Origin: Octopus vulgaris
Taxonomy: Eukaryota
Direction of reading: 5' to 3'
NCBI GenBank assembly: GCA_951406725.2
Contig: OX597829.1
Location: forward strand, 33,976,001 to 34,040,000
Length of the DNA: 64,000 nucleotides
Below are positions 53,301 through 61,859 of the stretch, one piece after another. Made by a program: the position numbers and the translations under genes. Position 1 is the stretch's first letter, and each line of letters begins with the position of its first letter. The notes beneath the pieces are model-generated. The model saw nothing but the letters and a program-made list of their open reading frames with translations, searched no databases and was not told the DNA's origin.

Positions 53301-54442
53301 TTCCATTAAATTCTAAAAAGAGTTCTTATATATTGAGACTGAGACCTTTGGAGATATGCTGTGACTGAGAAGATCTGGCAACTAAAGTGAAATTGCAACC
53401 ATGGCCGATACCAGTGTTGCATGTCCAGACCATTCAAAAGTACTCTTGATGCGTCAGACGATATGATATGCTTGAGAAGACCTGTTGAGTCAAGTAAAAC
53501 CAAAATTGTAGCTGTAGCCAGTGACACCTGAGTGGCTTCCATTCCGGTGGCACATAAAATGCATCATCTGAATGTGGTTGATGCCAGTGCCCCCTGACTG
53601 GCTCCTGTGCCGGTGGCATGTAAAAAGCACCATCGAAACATGCCAGATCTGCCTGACTGGCTCCTGCGCCAGTGACATGTAAAAAGCACTATCTGAATGT
53701 GATCGATGTCAGGGCTGCCTGACTGGCTCCCATGCCAGTGGCATGTAAAAAGCACCATCCAAATGTAGCCAATGCCAGTGGCCCCTGACTGGCTCCCATA
53801 CCGGTGGCACGTAAAAAGCACTGTCCAAACATGATCGATGTCAAGCCCACCTGAATGGTTCCTGTGCTGGTGGCACATAAAAAGCACCCACTACACTCTT
53901 GGAGTGGTTGGCATTAGGAAGGGCACACAGCTGTAGAAATATTGCCAGATCAGATTGGAGCCTGGTGCAACTATTGTCCTTTCAGACATCAGTCAAACTG
54001 TCCAACCTATGCTAGCATGGAAAACGAACATATGATGATGATGATGATGATGTATCAGTTCCTAACTGAAACAATAAAGGAAGAAACACTAACCCTTAAC
54101 CTTTGCATAGGACAATAAAAAAACAATATACAATTAAACCTACCTTTAGTGATTTTATGGTAAAATTTAATGTATCACCATCCTTTACAGCTTTTAATAC
54201 TTCAACATTGAATTTTTGATTATCTGCAATTTTTTCCGAATGTGTAAATGAAGAGCCATTTTCTTCGTCAGAAGCAGTTTCAATATTTTCATCAAGTGGC
54301 TGCATTAATATAAAAATATGTATCAAAAATTGAAAAGAAAATATTACAAATGAAATAAAAATCTAAAATAATTCAATGGTCTTAAGTAAGTCGTGCAGGA
54401 AACTTTAACTTATAAACCATTGATAACAATGACACTTACCAT
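13185..54442 (-). CDS. Spliced gene (3'-incomplete in window): SNX5/SNX6/SNX32-like PX-BAR sorting nexin, 8 coding exons
   Basis: Eight GT-AG exons join in frame: M|[52 protein letters not shown]|[33 protein letters not shown]|[44 protein letters not shown]|[25 protein letters not shown]|[28 protein letters not shown]|[25 protein letters not shown]|[12 protein letters not shown] motifs ([10 protein letters not shown], PPLP, YL..ML.H.VF...FL) and KDVDEYF resemble the SNX5/6 BAR start KDVDDFF. Confidence 0.88.
13849..13928. repeat. 80-bp imperfect palindrome
   Basis: ggatatccagaggtaatgcagcatgatcgtttcatg|catgaaacgatcgtactgcatgacctctggatatc, centre at 13888/13889. Confidence 0.85.
14020..14261. 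mobile_element. MITE with ~37-bp TIRs and TA ends (Tc1/mariner type)
   Basis: tagggttggtcaaaagtcacttgacagtaaatcaaaa ... ttttgatttactgtcaagtgacatttggccaacccta. Confidence 0.85.
14324..14384. repeat. Hairpin with 28-bp arms
   Basis: tctatagaaaacctgtagagataaactt / aagtttatttctacaggttttctacaga. Confidence 0.8.
15141..17725 (+). mobile_element. Young 5'-truncated RTE-clade LINE
   Basis: Near-continuous RT reading frame, a single frameshift near 16716-16721, stop at 17259, a 3' UTR with ~60-nt repeats and a (tga)n tail. Confidence 0.93.
15294..17259 (+). pseudogene. RTE reverse transcriptase (5'-truncated, one frameshift)
   Basis: [91 protein letters not shown]. Confidence 0.92.
17858..18300 (+). 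mobile_element. Helitron fragment with Pif1-type helicase C-terminal remnant
   Basis: TCtatatatataaaa start; [21 protein letters not shown]...[28 protein letters not shown]. Confidence 0.85.
18531..19554. repeat. Inverted repeats enclosing TA/(tgtaca) microsatellites and an RTE-tail SINE
   Basis: aagtaatttcctatcaacgacgagtattactgctagcatacatac (18531-) versus gtatgtatgctagcagtaatactcgtcgttgataggtaattactt (-19553), 1 mismatch. Confidence 0.85.
18919..19200 (+). mobile_element. RTE-tail SINE / 3' UTR copy (young)
   Basis: High similarity to 17440-17725, CpGs retained, (gat)n tail. Confidence 0.85.
19821..19947 (-). ncRNA. Type I hammerhead-like motif with long helix II insertion
   Basis: Minus: atct-CCGAAGA-ggcc[92 nt]ggcc-GAAAC-AGCT-GTA-agat; helix I atct/agat. 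Confidence 0.6.
19891..20237. repeat. Perfect 71-bp inverted repeat (19891-19961 / 20167-20237)
   Basis: The arms are exact reverse complements and include the 5' half of the hammerhead motif. Confidence 0.9.
20787..20830 (-). ncRNA. Degenerate hammerhead-like motif downstream of the Penelope-like ORF
   Basis: Minus: aactct-CCAACAG-acgggaacgg-GAAAC-TCTGAG-TA-acagtt; core heavily mutated. Confidence 0.4.
22080..22820 (-). mobile_element. Penelope-like element C-terminal remnant (linker plus GIY-YIG endonuclease), frameshifted
   Basis: Hand translation: [30 protein letters not shown]; [26 protein letters not shown]; [13 protein letters not shown]; [20 protein letters not shown]; [13 protein letters not shown]...[13 protein letters not shown]. 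Confidence 0.85.
23055..23412. repeat. ~165-bp-arm inverted repeat built on a tRNA-like head
   Basis: Arms 23055-23220 and ~23241-23412; the right arm contains tggtgtaaatggcttag (A box-like) and GGTTCGAGTCC (B box). Confidence 0.85.
23504..23538 (+). ncRNA. Minimal hammerhead-like motif (variant)
   Basis: gttt-CCGACGA-agagctccactc-GAAACATTA-aac. Confidence 0.5.
24460..24843 (+). mobile_element. RTE-tail SINE / 3' UTR copy
   Basis: Repeated gtggca.gtaaaaa.cac units, then gagtggttggcattaggaagggcatccagc and a (tga)n tail. Confidence 0.85.
25062..25136 (-). CDS. SNX-like exon 7 (start of BAR domain)
   Basis: ttttaacacag|GAT...GAG|gtaagt; 75 nt; [25 protein letters not shown]. Confidence 0.9.
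25287..26281. mobile_element. Probable solo LTR (~1 kb)
   Basis: GC/CpG-richer block bounded by TGTAG...CTACA; flanks aatg/aata (imperfect 4-bp TSD); CCAAT motifs inside. Confidence 0.45.
27098..27313 (-). mobile_element. tRNA-derived SINE family B with 16-bp TSD
   Basis: Reverse complement of the 37943-38153 family; TSD ttctgttatgtaatat at 27082-27097 and 27314-27329. Confidence 0.85.
28367..28765 (+). mobile_element. Full-length tRNA-derived SINE family A
   Basis: ggcgcaggagtggctgtgtggtaag (A box), gagttcagtccc (B box-like), ccttgggcaagtg core, internal microsatellite, tail gaaacaagtaaaa. Confidence 0.88.
28946..29128 (+). mobile_element. Mariner 5' end fragment
   Basis: gggtcatcccatagataatgc...ttcaaagctataatg, homologous to 62241-62430. 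Confidence 0.75.
29131..30022. repeat. ~127-bp inverted repeat enclosing ~630 bp of degenerate (CA)n
   Basis: ggttggacttagtgtcact...agtagaaaggtgttt (29131-29257) versus aaacacctttctact...agtgacactaagtccaacc (29894-30022). Confidence 0.85.
30267..30301 (+). ncRNA. Degenerate minimal hammerhead-like motif
   Basis: attt-CTGAAGA-agagcttcactc-AAAAC-atg-aaat; GAAA mutated; same family as 23504. Confidence 0.45.
31012..31063 (+). ncRNA. Minimal type I hammerhead ribozyme with canonical core
   Basis: gtct-CTGATGA(31016-22)-helix II ggatatta/taatatcc-GAAA(31048-51)-C AGCT G (palindromic helix III)-TA^-agac; predicted cleavage after A31059. Confidence 0.75.
31366..31849. repeat. ~185-bp-arm imperfect inverted repeat
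   Basis: tgaagaaaagaagggtaaaga...ttgatttcatgct (31366-31548) versus agcatgaaatcaa...tctttacccttcttttcttca (31657-31849). Confidence 0.88.
33505..33830 (-). mobile_element. RTE LINE 3' fragment (second family)
   Basis: [16 protein letters not shown]...ASDRTLWR. Confidence 0.65.
34219..34846 (-). mobile_element. Probable solo LTR nested in the Copia remnant
   Basis: TGT...ACA bounded block; aataaagcttctgtc on the minus strand, also seen at ~53185 (+). Confidence 0.35.
35935..36724 (-). mobile_element. Young non-autonomous Helitron
   Basis: Minus strand: A|TCtctatatatataaacggcagtttgtctgtc ... ccgggcaatgctggg (subterminal hairpin) ...CTAG|T; CpG-rich; splits the Copia RT remnant. Confidence 0.8.
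37943..38153 (+). mobile_element. tRNA-derived SINE family B with perfect 17-bp TSD
   Basis: ggcggcgagctggcagaaacgttag...gagttcaaattcc; TSD atatattttacatcaca at 37926-37942 and 38154-38170. Confidence 0.9.
38705..38788 (-). CDS. SNX-like exon 6 (PX-BAR linker, probable amphipathic helix)
   Basis: ttaccttag|GCA...AAG|gtaaat; 84 nt; [28 protein letters not shown]. Confidence 0.88.
38905..39292 (-). mobile_element. Internally deleted mariner (both TIRs plus transposase C-terminus)
   Basis: TA-tcaggttggtgcaa ... ttgcaccaacctga-TA; [23 protein letters not shown]. Confidence 0.88.
39744..39979. mobile_element. Hairpin insertion (~80-bp arms) with 14-bp TSD
   Basis: Arms ~39743-39822 and ~39842-39921; direct repeat attttgcacaataa at 39730-39743 and 39980-39993. 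Confidence 0.85.
40383..40535 (+). mobile_element. SINE family A, 5' half, decayed
   Basis: ggtgcaagaatggctgtgtagttgag...tttgggcaagtattttctactata, homologous to 28367-28520. Confidence 0.7.
41178..41760 (-). mobile_element. Mariner 3' fragment
   Basis: Reverse-complement similarity to 56700-57310 (cataggctgacc [13 protein letters not shown]-like region). Confidence 0.7.
42084..42159 (-). CDS. SNX-like exon 5 (end of PX domain)
   Basis: attttgtag|G TAC...GAG|gtaaga; 76 nt, starts phase 2 matching exon 4; [25 protein letters not shown]. Confidence 0.92.
42540..43215 (-). mobile_element. RTE RT fragment (same family as 15141-17725)
   Basis: [24 protein letters not shown] and the start of the same Cys-rich insert ([22 protein letters not shown]). 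Confidence 0.88.
43255..44285 (+). mobile_element. R4/Dong-like non-LTR retrotransposon C-terminal remnant (zinc knuckle plus restriction-like endonuclease)
   Basis: [12 protein letters not shown], degenerate CCHC (RCQLY...DITHISS), [31 protein letters not shown]. Confidence 0.8.
44345..44550 (+). mobile_element. SINE family A, 3' half
   Basis: tgtccctgtaacttagcagttcagcaag...cagtgctccag...gactaaaacaagta. Confidence 0.7.
45180..45612 (-). mobile_element. SINE family A, decayed, with internal 16-bp repeats
   Basis: Reverse complement of 28367-28765; internal (cacacacacagattta)n; ends ~75 nt from SNX exon 4. Confidence 0.7.
45687..45817 (-). CDS. SNX-like exon 4 (PX proline-rich loop and insert)
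   Basis: tttcatttcacaag|GTG...GAGAA|gtaagt; 131 nt, ends phase 2; [11 protein letters not shown]...ECQNVE. Confidence 0.9.
46550..46630 (+). repeat. 24-bp tandem repeat x3
   Basis: (cccagtcaaccttctgagcagtgt)x3. Confidence 0.85.
46860..48060 (-). mobile_element. Decayed RTE-type LINE RT (third family)
   Basis: [53 protein letters not shown]. Confidence 0.8.
49747..49845 (-). CDS. SNX-like exon 3 (PX domain)
   Basis: tatttcag|GGA...ATT|gtaagt; 99 nt; [33 protein letters not shown]. Confidence 0.92.
50135..50327. repeat. (TG)n microsatellite, ~190 bp
   Basis: Near-pure tg run. Confidence 0.95.
50330..51230 (-). mobile_element. RTE/BovB-like LINE remnant (AP endonuclease plus RT piece)
   Basis: [41 protein letters not shown]; QEDWFDSND; APTLFSIY. 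Confidence 0.8.
51507..52829 (-). mobile_element. Full-length (~1.3 kb) degenerate mariner
   Basis: TIRs aggtggtatcaaaaggtttt.ggacta / tagtccaggaactttttgataccacct; [28 protein letters not shown]...[11 protein letters not shown]. Confidence 0.9.
53335..54052 (+). mobile_element. RTE 3' end/UTR with ~6 tandem ~62-bp units
   Basis: Repeated ctgactggctcc..gccggtggcacgtaaaaagcacc; ends in (gat)n about 90 nt from SNX exon 2. Confidence 0.85.
54144..54299 (-). CDS. SNX-like exon 2 (N-terminus, start of PX domain)
   Basis: ttaatgcag|CCA...CTAAAG|gtaggt; 156 nt; PLDENIE...[16 protein letters not shown]. Confidence 0.88.
54440..54442 (-). CDS. SNX-like coding exon 1 (start ATG only)
   Basis: Minus strand reads ...GTA ATA ATG|gtaagtgtc; in-frame TGA 10 codons upstream; phase 0 joins exon 2 across a 140-nt intron. 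Confidence 0.7.
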
Positions 54443-54726
54443 TATTACTGTCTGTTTCGTACCTGATTTTCAACAACTCTTCGTAGGATATGAATGCAAA
54501 GCAGACATTGACTTTACAGGATACAATTGCAGCATGGTATTTTTGTGCCAGTGTTTTGGATTATGTTCAACATAAACACAGATATAAATGCACGCGTGCA
54601 CATGTGTGTGTGTGTGTGTGTGTGCAAATACATATTTGCACATACACTCACAGATATGTATGCACATGCTTGTACTGATATAAACATATATAAATGTTAA
54701 TACTGATACCAACTTACATGTTTATA

Positions 54727-54890
54727 TATGAGGTGGGCTAAAAAGTTCATAGGCAACTACGTAAGAGCTGTAAAATTTTGCATGCATTAATTTCACAACT
54801 TTTTTATTAATAACTACATAGTTTCTTTCCAGGTAAACTAATATCTGACTGCTCAAAGAAGACTTCAGCAGTAACTAGTAACATAGTTTT
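54727..54890 (+). mobile_element. Mariner 5' fragment
   Basis: gaggtgggctaaaagttcataggc matches the TIR at 56061. Confidence 0.7.
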
Positions 54891-56060
54891 ACGATATTTC
54901 TATGAATCAGTATGTGAATGTCTGACAATTTGTATTAATTGATGAATAGAACCTATCTAATTATAATATCAAAAATACATATGTTGTGAACTTAGAATAT
55001 GCGATTACTAATAAAAGTTTAATAACGATAATCTTTCATTCATATGAACGTAACTGATATGAAATATGTCATAAATAACAGTGACAAATTCATATGACAC
55101 CGCAAATAATTGTTGTTGACAAAGAACCGGAGAAATTGTATTCACCTCAATAGACGTCATTGATTGGTTGAAATTGCCGAAATGCAAGAAATTAAACAAC
55201 AAATAGCTTACAAACTACAGAATTTTCTCAAGAAAGCCAAGAGAAAAACACGTTTTATAAACACATTCTACCAGTATACGAAGTTTAAAAGTGTTTAGTT
55301 ACAAAGAAATTATTTTAAAAATTTGCCGGTCAAAGCGAAAAGATCCGTTGAGACTCTAGGATTACACCCAACTCCACTTGAATCCAGGACGACTTTCTAA
55401 TAAATTAAATATCCGGTATTTCCCTTCTTAATAAGTGAAATATCCAATTTATGCTATATTCATTTATTTGGTTATGACTAAATAGCTGTGGAAGATATTA
55501 TGTAATAAACATAACATAATGAGCATGACTATATCATTACTGTCATCCATGCCTACATATATGATGTTTGCTTTGTCACACACAGGTTGTTAAAACACTT
55601 GTAAACCATGGAATAAATGTAATACCAGCTAATCTATCGTCACTTCTTACTTATACTCCATGAGGGAAGTAAGCCTTCTGGATATTTTGTTTGAAACCCA
55701 TGATTCTACTGTAAAAATTTTCCTTCATACAATTTCAGACAGCTGGGAGTGTTGCCTGAGGTAAACACAAAGAATATCCAATCCCTTCTCACTTACTATA
55801 CATACAGTGGTTGTGTGTATGTGTGGATACGTAAACACACACACATATATAATTATCTACACACACATACATGTCACTACATATAAATACATACATACAC
55901 ACATATTTGTATACATATATCATGTATGCATCCATATTAGACTACACAGGACTCTGTATCAGTATGCAGCAGTGGGAGTTTAATGCAATTAACAATAAAC
56001 ACCAAAACCCGAATAGAACTTTTGTCGCACACTGAGCACATAGAATCATTTATTCTTATA

Positions 56061-57328
56061 TATAAGGGTGGGCTGAAAAGTTCATAGGCTGAAGGAATAT
56101 TGCAAAAACTGTGAAATCTTGCATTAATTTCAACTCTTCTTATTAATAACTGCATTATTCCTTTCCAGATAACTGACATTTGACTCCTCAAAGAAGGCTT
56201 TAAATGTAATTAGTTGTGGCTTCACTTGAAAATGGACAAAATTTGGCATTGTGGTGTTATCAAATACCTGCAGAAAAATGGTTTAGTCTCCAAGGACATT
56301 ATGCAGACATGTTGGCTACATTAGAGAATGATGTTCCAGCTTTAACAACAGTGCAAAAGTGGGCAGCTGAATTTTGGAGGGGAAGGGTGTTTTGAAGATG
56401 ACCCAAAGTTTGGACATCCTGCAACTACCAACCCTGAGGAAAACATTGATTATGTTCACCACGTGGTGATGGATAACAGGCTTTTGACTATAAATCAAAT
56501 AGCCATGCTATAAGCATATCTCATATGAGAGTTGAGAATATCCTGCACAATGAACTTGGCATGATGAAGGTATCTGTTTGGTGGGTGCCATGTCTCCTGA
56601 CACATGATCAAATGTGTACTAAATTGATTACATCATAGGAAAATCTGACATTGATTGGGGCAGATCCATCTGGTTTCATTGAGTGCTTCCTAACATAGGA
56701 TGAATGTTGGATTCATCACTTTGAACCAGAGACAAAGAGACAATCCATGCAGTGGAAACATCCCTTATCACCTTTTACAAAGAAGGTCATGGTCATTTCG
56801 TTTGCAGAGAAAATGACAACCTCAGTCTTTTGGGTTGCAAAAGGCATAGTATTTATTGACTACCTGCATAGGGCCATACCACAAACAGAGAGTACTATGC
56901 CAACTTGTTGAGGTAGTTATGAAAGATTATAAAGACCAAATGCCCAGGAAAACTGTTTTCATCAGGACAATGCTCCAGCACACAAGTCCTCAGATTTAAT
57001 GGCTGCTATGCCCGACTGTGGCTTTGAACTGGTTGATTAACCTTTCTATTCTCCTGACTTGACCCCCATCTGACTATAATCTGCCCTCCAACATGAAACA
57101 ACACTTTTTTGGAAGGTAGTAGTGCAGTGATGATGATGATGTCATATCTGCTGTTGATGACTTTTTTCTAACAGGATGAAAGCTTCTTTACCAATTGGGT
57201 TCCAAGCACTGCAACACTGATGGAAGTGTGTTTACCATAAATGGGATTATGTTGAAAAATAAACCTCATTTGGTCACATTCCATTAGAGTGTCTTGGTCA
57301 GCTATGAACTTTTCAGTCATCTGTCATA
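56061..57328 (+). mobile_element. Full-length degenerate mariner (~1.27 kb)
   Basis: TIRs gggtgggctgaaaagttcatag / ctatgaacttttcagtcatc; remnants WVPCLLT, DECWIHHFEPETKRQSMQWKH, FHQDNAPAHK, YSPDLTPS. Confidence 0.9.
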
Positions 57329-58214
57329 TGTTTATGCAACTACCAACCTATATACACACACAAGCATGCACATCTTCTCAGTCCTCTGTTGCACATAGAC
57401 AGTGGTTATTTTTAATCTCTACCATTTTGACACAGCAGTTTCAGCAAATTTATTTACCAACTAGCTAACAATTTAGCTATTTGTTCATTTAATACTTAAT
57501 CACACTAGAATTTAATATTATTAAGTTATCGCCAAGCTAACATGGCAGTCCAGGAAAATAGGACAAATGCTGCCATTGATTAGCTCCAAGAGGCCATTGC
57601 CTCTAGCTGTGTCCATTATAACCTTCGAACAGGGCAGGTCAGCAGCTTCCCCTTGCTGGTCTGGCATCCACAGAGTAGTTCCAAGGTAGTTGCTCCTTAT
57701 CAATGTGGAGTAGCTGAACCCAACAGGTGTTGCTGCTGACCATAATTAATAATATCCAGTACTGCTGCCGTAGTCTCCTTTAGAGAGGTTTAGAAATATC
57801 AATATTTCTAATTTAATACTAGTTTTGATTTAATTTTATTTCATGTCCCCTCATTTGAATGAATTTTGTGTAATGCTGCCTCCTTCTCATTCCATTTTTA
57901 GGATCAAGAGTTACTGATGTATATGTTTACATCTATGTGTATACACTTTGCCATTCCCCTTCTCAGGTTCCAGTCAAATGAATATTATGCTTCTATCACA
58001 AATTTATCATCTGAGTTATTATTAATCTGTGTCATTTTCTTGATATTTATCAACATTGCATCTACATCTCCTTGAGTTTTATTTTCAGTATCTTTTCCTT
58101 TCATCTACTACATAACTACACTCTAATCAAGATTTTCACACTAATGGTCATTTGATTCTTCCAAATCAATACACTCCTGCTGTCATCATCATTATCGTTC
58201 CTGTTATTTATGGT

Positions 58215-59780
58215 GTATCAACTGAAAGCGTTCAATAGGGTCACCATCAACACTTAGTAGCTGTCTTCATAGTAGCTGGTTTTGGTCTTGTCTTCTACAG
58301 TTGGATTGCTGCAACATAGAACATCTGCTCAGTGGTTATAGAGAATGTCACCATTCAGTACCATGTACTCAGTCCATCAAGATTGTCCCCTCTCATCTCT
58401 GTATTGACTCTTGAACCATTACTTCAGAAACTGGAGATGTTGAGAGGCATCACATGCAAACTAAGATGTGGAAGTCACCCTGATAGTGTTGGATACCAAG
58501 CACATCAAGATAACTGGTACTACTCTAAGAAAGAGGAACAAAAATCAACCAAGGAAAGTCAGTGGGCCTGCAGCTTGGCACCTGGAGAAGCAGGTTCATG
58601 CCATCCAACAGTGTCATAGGAAACAGACCAGTCAAATTGCTTGGAGTCTGGTTTGATCCAGATCTCCAAGTAAAGAAGAATTTGGATGATGTGACAAGCA
58701 GAGTGGCCAAACTCACCCAGAAATGAGGTAAGAGAAAGCTATCCTTGAAAGGTTAGCAGAGGTGGCACATGTATATATAACCTTTGTCATATTACCACCT
58801 GATGTCATGTCTTGCTCCAGTTCATGTCTGACTGGCCTGGAGTGCTTGCTTTTCCACTTTCTGTGGAAAGGATGCACTCCACTGGTTAGATACTCCATTT
58901 GTTATCAACACTGCTGTGAGGAATACTGGGCATGTGGCTGATGACATGCAGACATGCAATGAGGCTGTGACATCTCCAACAATTCTTTGACAGTGAACAG
59001 GTGTAGTCCCCATTTGTCAGATTCATTTACTCCACAGCTCATCTCTTTGATAGAACTGCAGCCATGGATCAGGCAAAGACCGAGACAAGGCACTTGGCAA
59101 CGGCTTTGTGATCCATAGGCCATCTGCTAGTTGAGTAGTGCAATTGGAGCAATTTCAACCACAGCATTCTACAGAGGGGAAGTTGTGAGCAAGAATGACA
59201 ATGTTCTGAAGAAAAGCCTGTGAGTTGATAAAAGTCAAGTGACTGGTCTGTCCCAGAGGACTTTTGGACTAGGGCTCAAAGAAAATTTCCAGAAATCCAT
59301 AGGCTAGTAGTGCTGCTGGGGAGTATTACAACTTCAAGATAAACTCTATAGGTACAGAAGTCAGCCAGGCCTGGCCAAGATGCATGCTGAGTGATGAAAA
59401 TGTTCCACATTCACTCATCCAGTGCCTGAACATTGTTCACATGTGGGTTTTATGTCAAACAGCTGTTGTCATGCATAGGAAGGATCTGGCTACTGGTTGA
59501 ATACATTGTAAAGATAATTCACCAACTTCTTTGGCCTGGAAGGATAGGCAGTGTTTATCTGTCTGGTAGCCTTAGCAAAAGAGGTTGTGTGGTCAACCAG
59601 ATAGAAAGAATTGAAGACTCCTTCCTTTTTGGCCATGACCCTCATCGACTTTTTCAAGTTCAGCTTGAAAAAGAAAGTGAAGGGGAGGGATGAAGTGTTA
59701 CTTCCTAATAATTATGTTGAAAGATGTATGATAATGGCAAGCATGGTTTGAGTGAATGGGCCTACTCTAAGCATACACTT
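58215..59780 (+). mobile_element. Decayed Tx1/L1-type LINE ORF2 3' half
   Basis: LSPLISVLTLEPLLQKL; LLGVWFDPDLQ; LSLKG.AEVA; LECLLFHFLWKG; C-terminal C..C...E...H...C knuckle remnant. Confidence 0.7.
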
Positions 59781-61047
59781 GTGGACTGAAGTAAAACAAT
59801 ATACAAAAAGCAATTGCCTTAATGGTCAAGGTAACAATGGTTTCAGAGTATTTCCATGAGTAGCCCTTGGAAATTTCCCTCTTAGAGGAGTCTTTGTTAA
59901 AATTTATTATTAGCTATTTTCTGTTTACACACTCTTTCATGTAATCTCTCATTGTACCATCCCAATCATTTTGTAAAGCCTTAGTGGTTAATAAAGAAAT
60001 CATTATTTTTTTATTACTTATTCTATTGTAAATTCCATGGAATGGAAAATATTAAGAAGACCCCCCCCACACACACACACTAACTAAACATAGACACACA
60101 TAGAGGTATACGCATGCACAAATGAAAACACATACAATAGAAATGCAAAATACAAAATGGCTGACCGTTAGTAAGGAGAGACACACAGATAAGAAAGAAG
60201 AAAGCAAAGGACCACTGATGAGGTCACAGGAGTGTGACGAAAGAACTCTGGATGAAATAAGATTAAGATTAATGTAAAAAATAAATAACACTGAAGCAAA
60301 GTAACACCAAATATATAGTGCGTGTGTTTTTATTGGCTAAACTGGCAAAATGACCATTCCAAAATACAACAATAAGTAGACCTACTTAAAAGAGAAAGGA
60401 TGATTTGCATTTTGACTGCATTCATAGTTTAACTTTCTTCAAATATTCTTGACACTTGTTTACTTTCATATCCTCACGTCTCTGTTGGTGTTGTCTTTTA
60501 CCTCTTTTTATTATATCTTTTCAATGTTCCTCTCTGATCTGTGCTCTCTATTTTCACATCCTTTCTTGGACAGCTGCAACTGTGTTTCTTGTGAATTCAG
60601 AGTTTAGGATAAATTAACTCAGATAAGCAAATATCAATTTTTTTCAGAGAGCAGAAGATAAATAATTGCACCTATGTGTATGTGATGGTCATTAAAAAAA
60701 ATTGATTAGTTCAATACAAGAAATACTTTTCACTATCAACACACCACCACTGTTATCTGCCTTTCTCTCTCAGTATAACTGCCTCCCCTGTCCATCTCTC
60801 TATCCATCTTTCCCTTCAGCTAACTTTTTAACTACATAATAAGTATTCCTTCTCCACCCCACCACATGTCATTAACACTTCTCACACCCTCTTTTTCTCT
60901 CATTCTTTGCCTCTACCTTCAGCTGACTATTATTAATCACCATTCTCTAGTTCTTCCTCCTTTCTTTCTTCATTCCTCCCTATCCCTCTTTCTCTCATTC
61001 TTATTCCACCTCTCTAAAGGTGAATAGACAAGCAGATTATTATATAG

Positions 61048-61079
<32 letters not shown>

Positions 61080-61096
61080 CATTATTATTATTATTA

Positions 61097-61300
61097 AGGC
61101 AGTGAGCAGGCAGAATCCTTAGCATGCTGGATGAAATGCTTAGCACTGTCTCGCCTGTCACTACATTCTGAGTTCAAATTCTGCCAAGGTAACTTTGTCT
61201 TTCATCCTTTTGGGGTCAATAAATTAAGTATTGGGGTCGACATGATTGACTTACCATCTCCCCACAAATTTCAGGCCCTGTGCCTACAGAAGAAAGGATT
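61097..61300 (+). mobile_element. SINE family B, decayed
   Basis: aggcagtgagcaggcagaatccttagc...gagttcaaattctgcc, following an (att)n tract. Confidence 0.8.
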
Positions 61301-61629
61301 AATATTATCATTATTAGTAGTAGTAGTAGTACCACCACCACCACCACCACCCCATTAAATCCAAGTCTTCTCCCCTTTTTTTACCATTTCTGTGTACTCT
61401 AGTCACTATTTATCTTCTTTCCTTCTATTATTCCTAACTTTATTCACATCTTATCATTGTTGTTTCTTTTGGTTCTTATTTGATTAATTGATCATAATTG
61501 TTGTTGTTGCTATTGTTATTATTATCATTGTTGTAAATATTATTTTTAAAATCACCTCTTCATCCTCACAAATACTGCCCCCACTTAGCTGAGAGAGCTT
61601 TGCCCTTTTTCCTTTGTTTTATTCTTTTT

Positions 61630-61852
61630 TATCTTGCAAATTACTTGGCAACTCCACTAGTACCAGTGACACAAAAAAGGTACTCAGTACACACTGTAAA
61701 GTGGTTAGTGTTAGGAAGGGTCTCCAGCCAGCAAGACCATACCAAAGCTGAGACTGAAGCACAATACATCTCTGTTGCTAGCTAGATCTTCTCAAACCAA
61801 ACAATCTGTGCAGCATGGAAATTGAACATTAAATGCTGCTGCTGATGATGAT
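61630..61852 (+). mobile_element. RTE-tail SINE remnant
   Basis: cttgcaaattacttgg...gttaggaaggg...cagcatggaa...gatgatg; a similar copy lies at 49140-49360. Confidence 0.6.
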
Positions 61853-61859
61853 ATGCATT

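Noticed and set aside
53520-53890. CRISPR-like appearance (palindromic repeat plus spacer)
   Set aside because: The spacers are homologous to each other, the context is a eukaryotic LINE 3' UTR, and there are no cas genes.
55100-55350. SNX promoter (gacgtca CRE-like plus attgg CCAAT)
   Set aside because: The block looks like part of an interspersed repeat and there is no TSS evidence, so it cannot be supported as a promoter.
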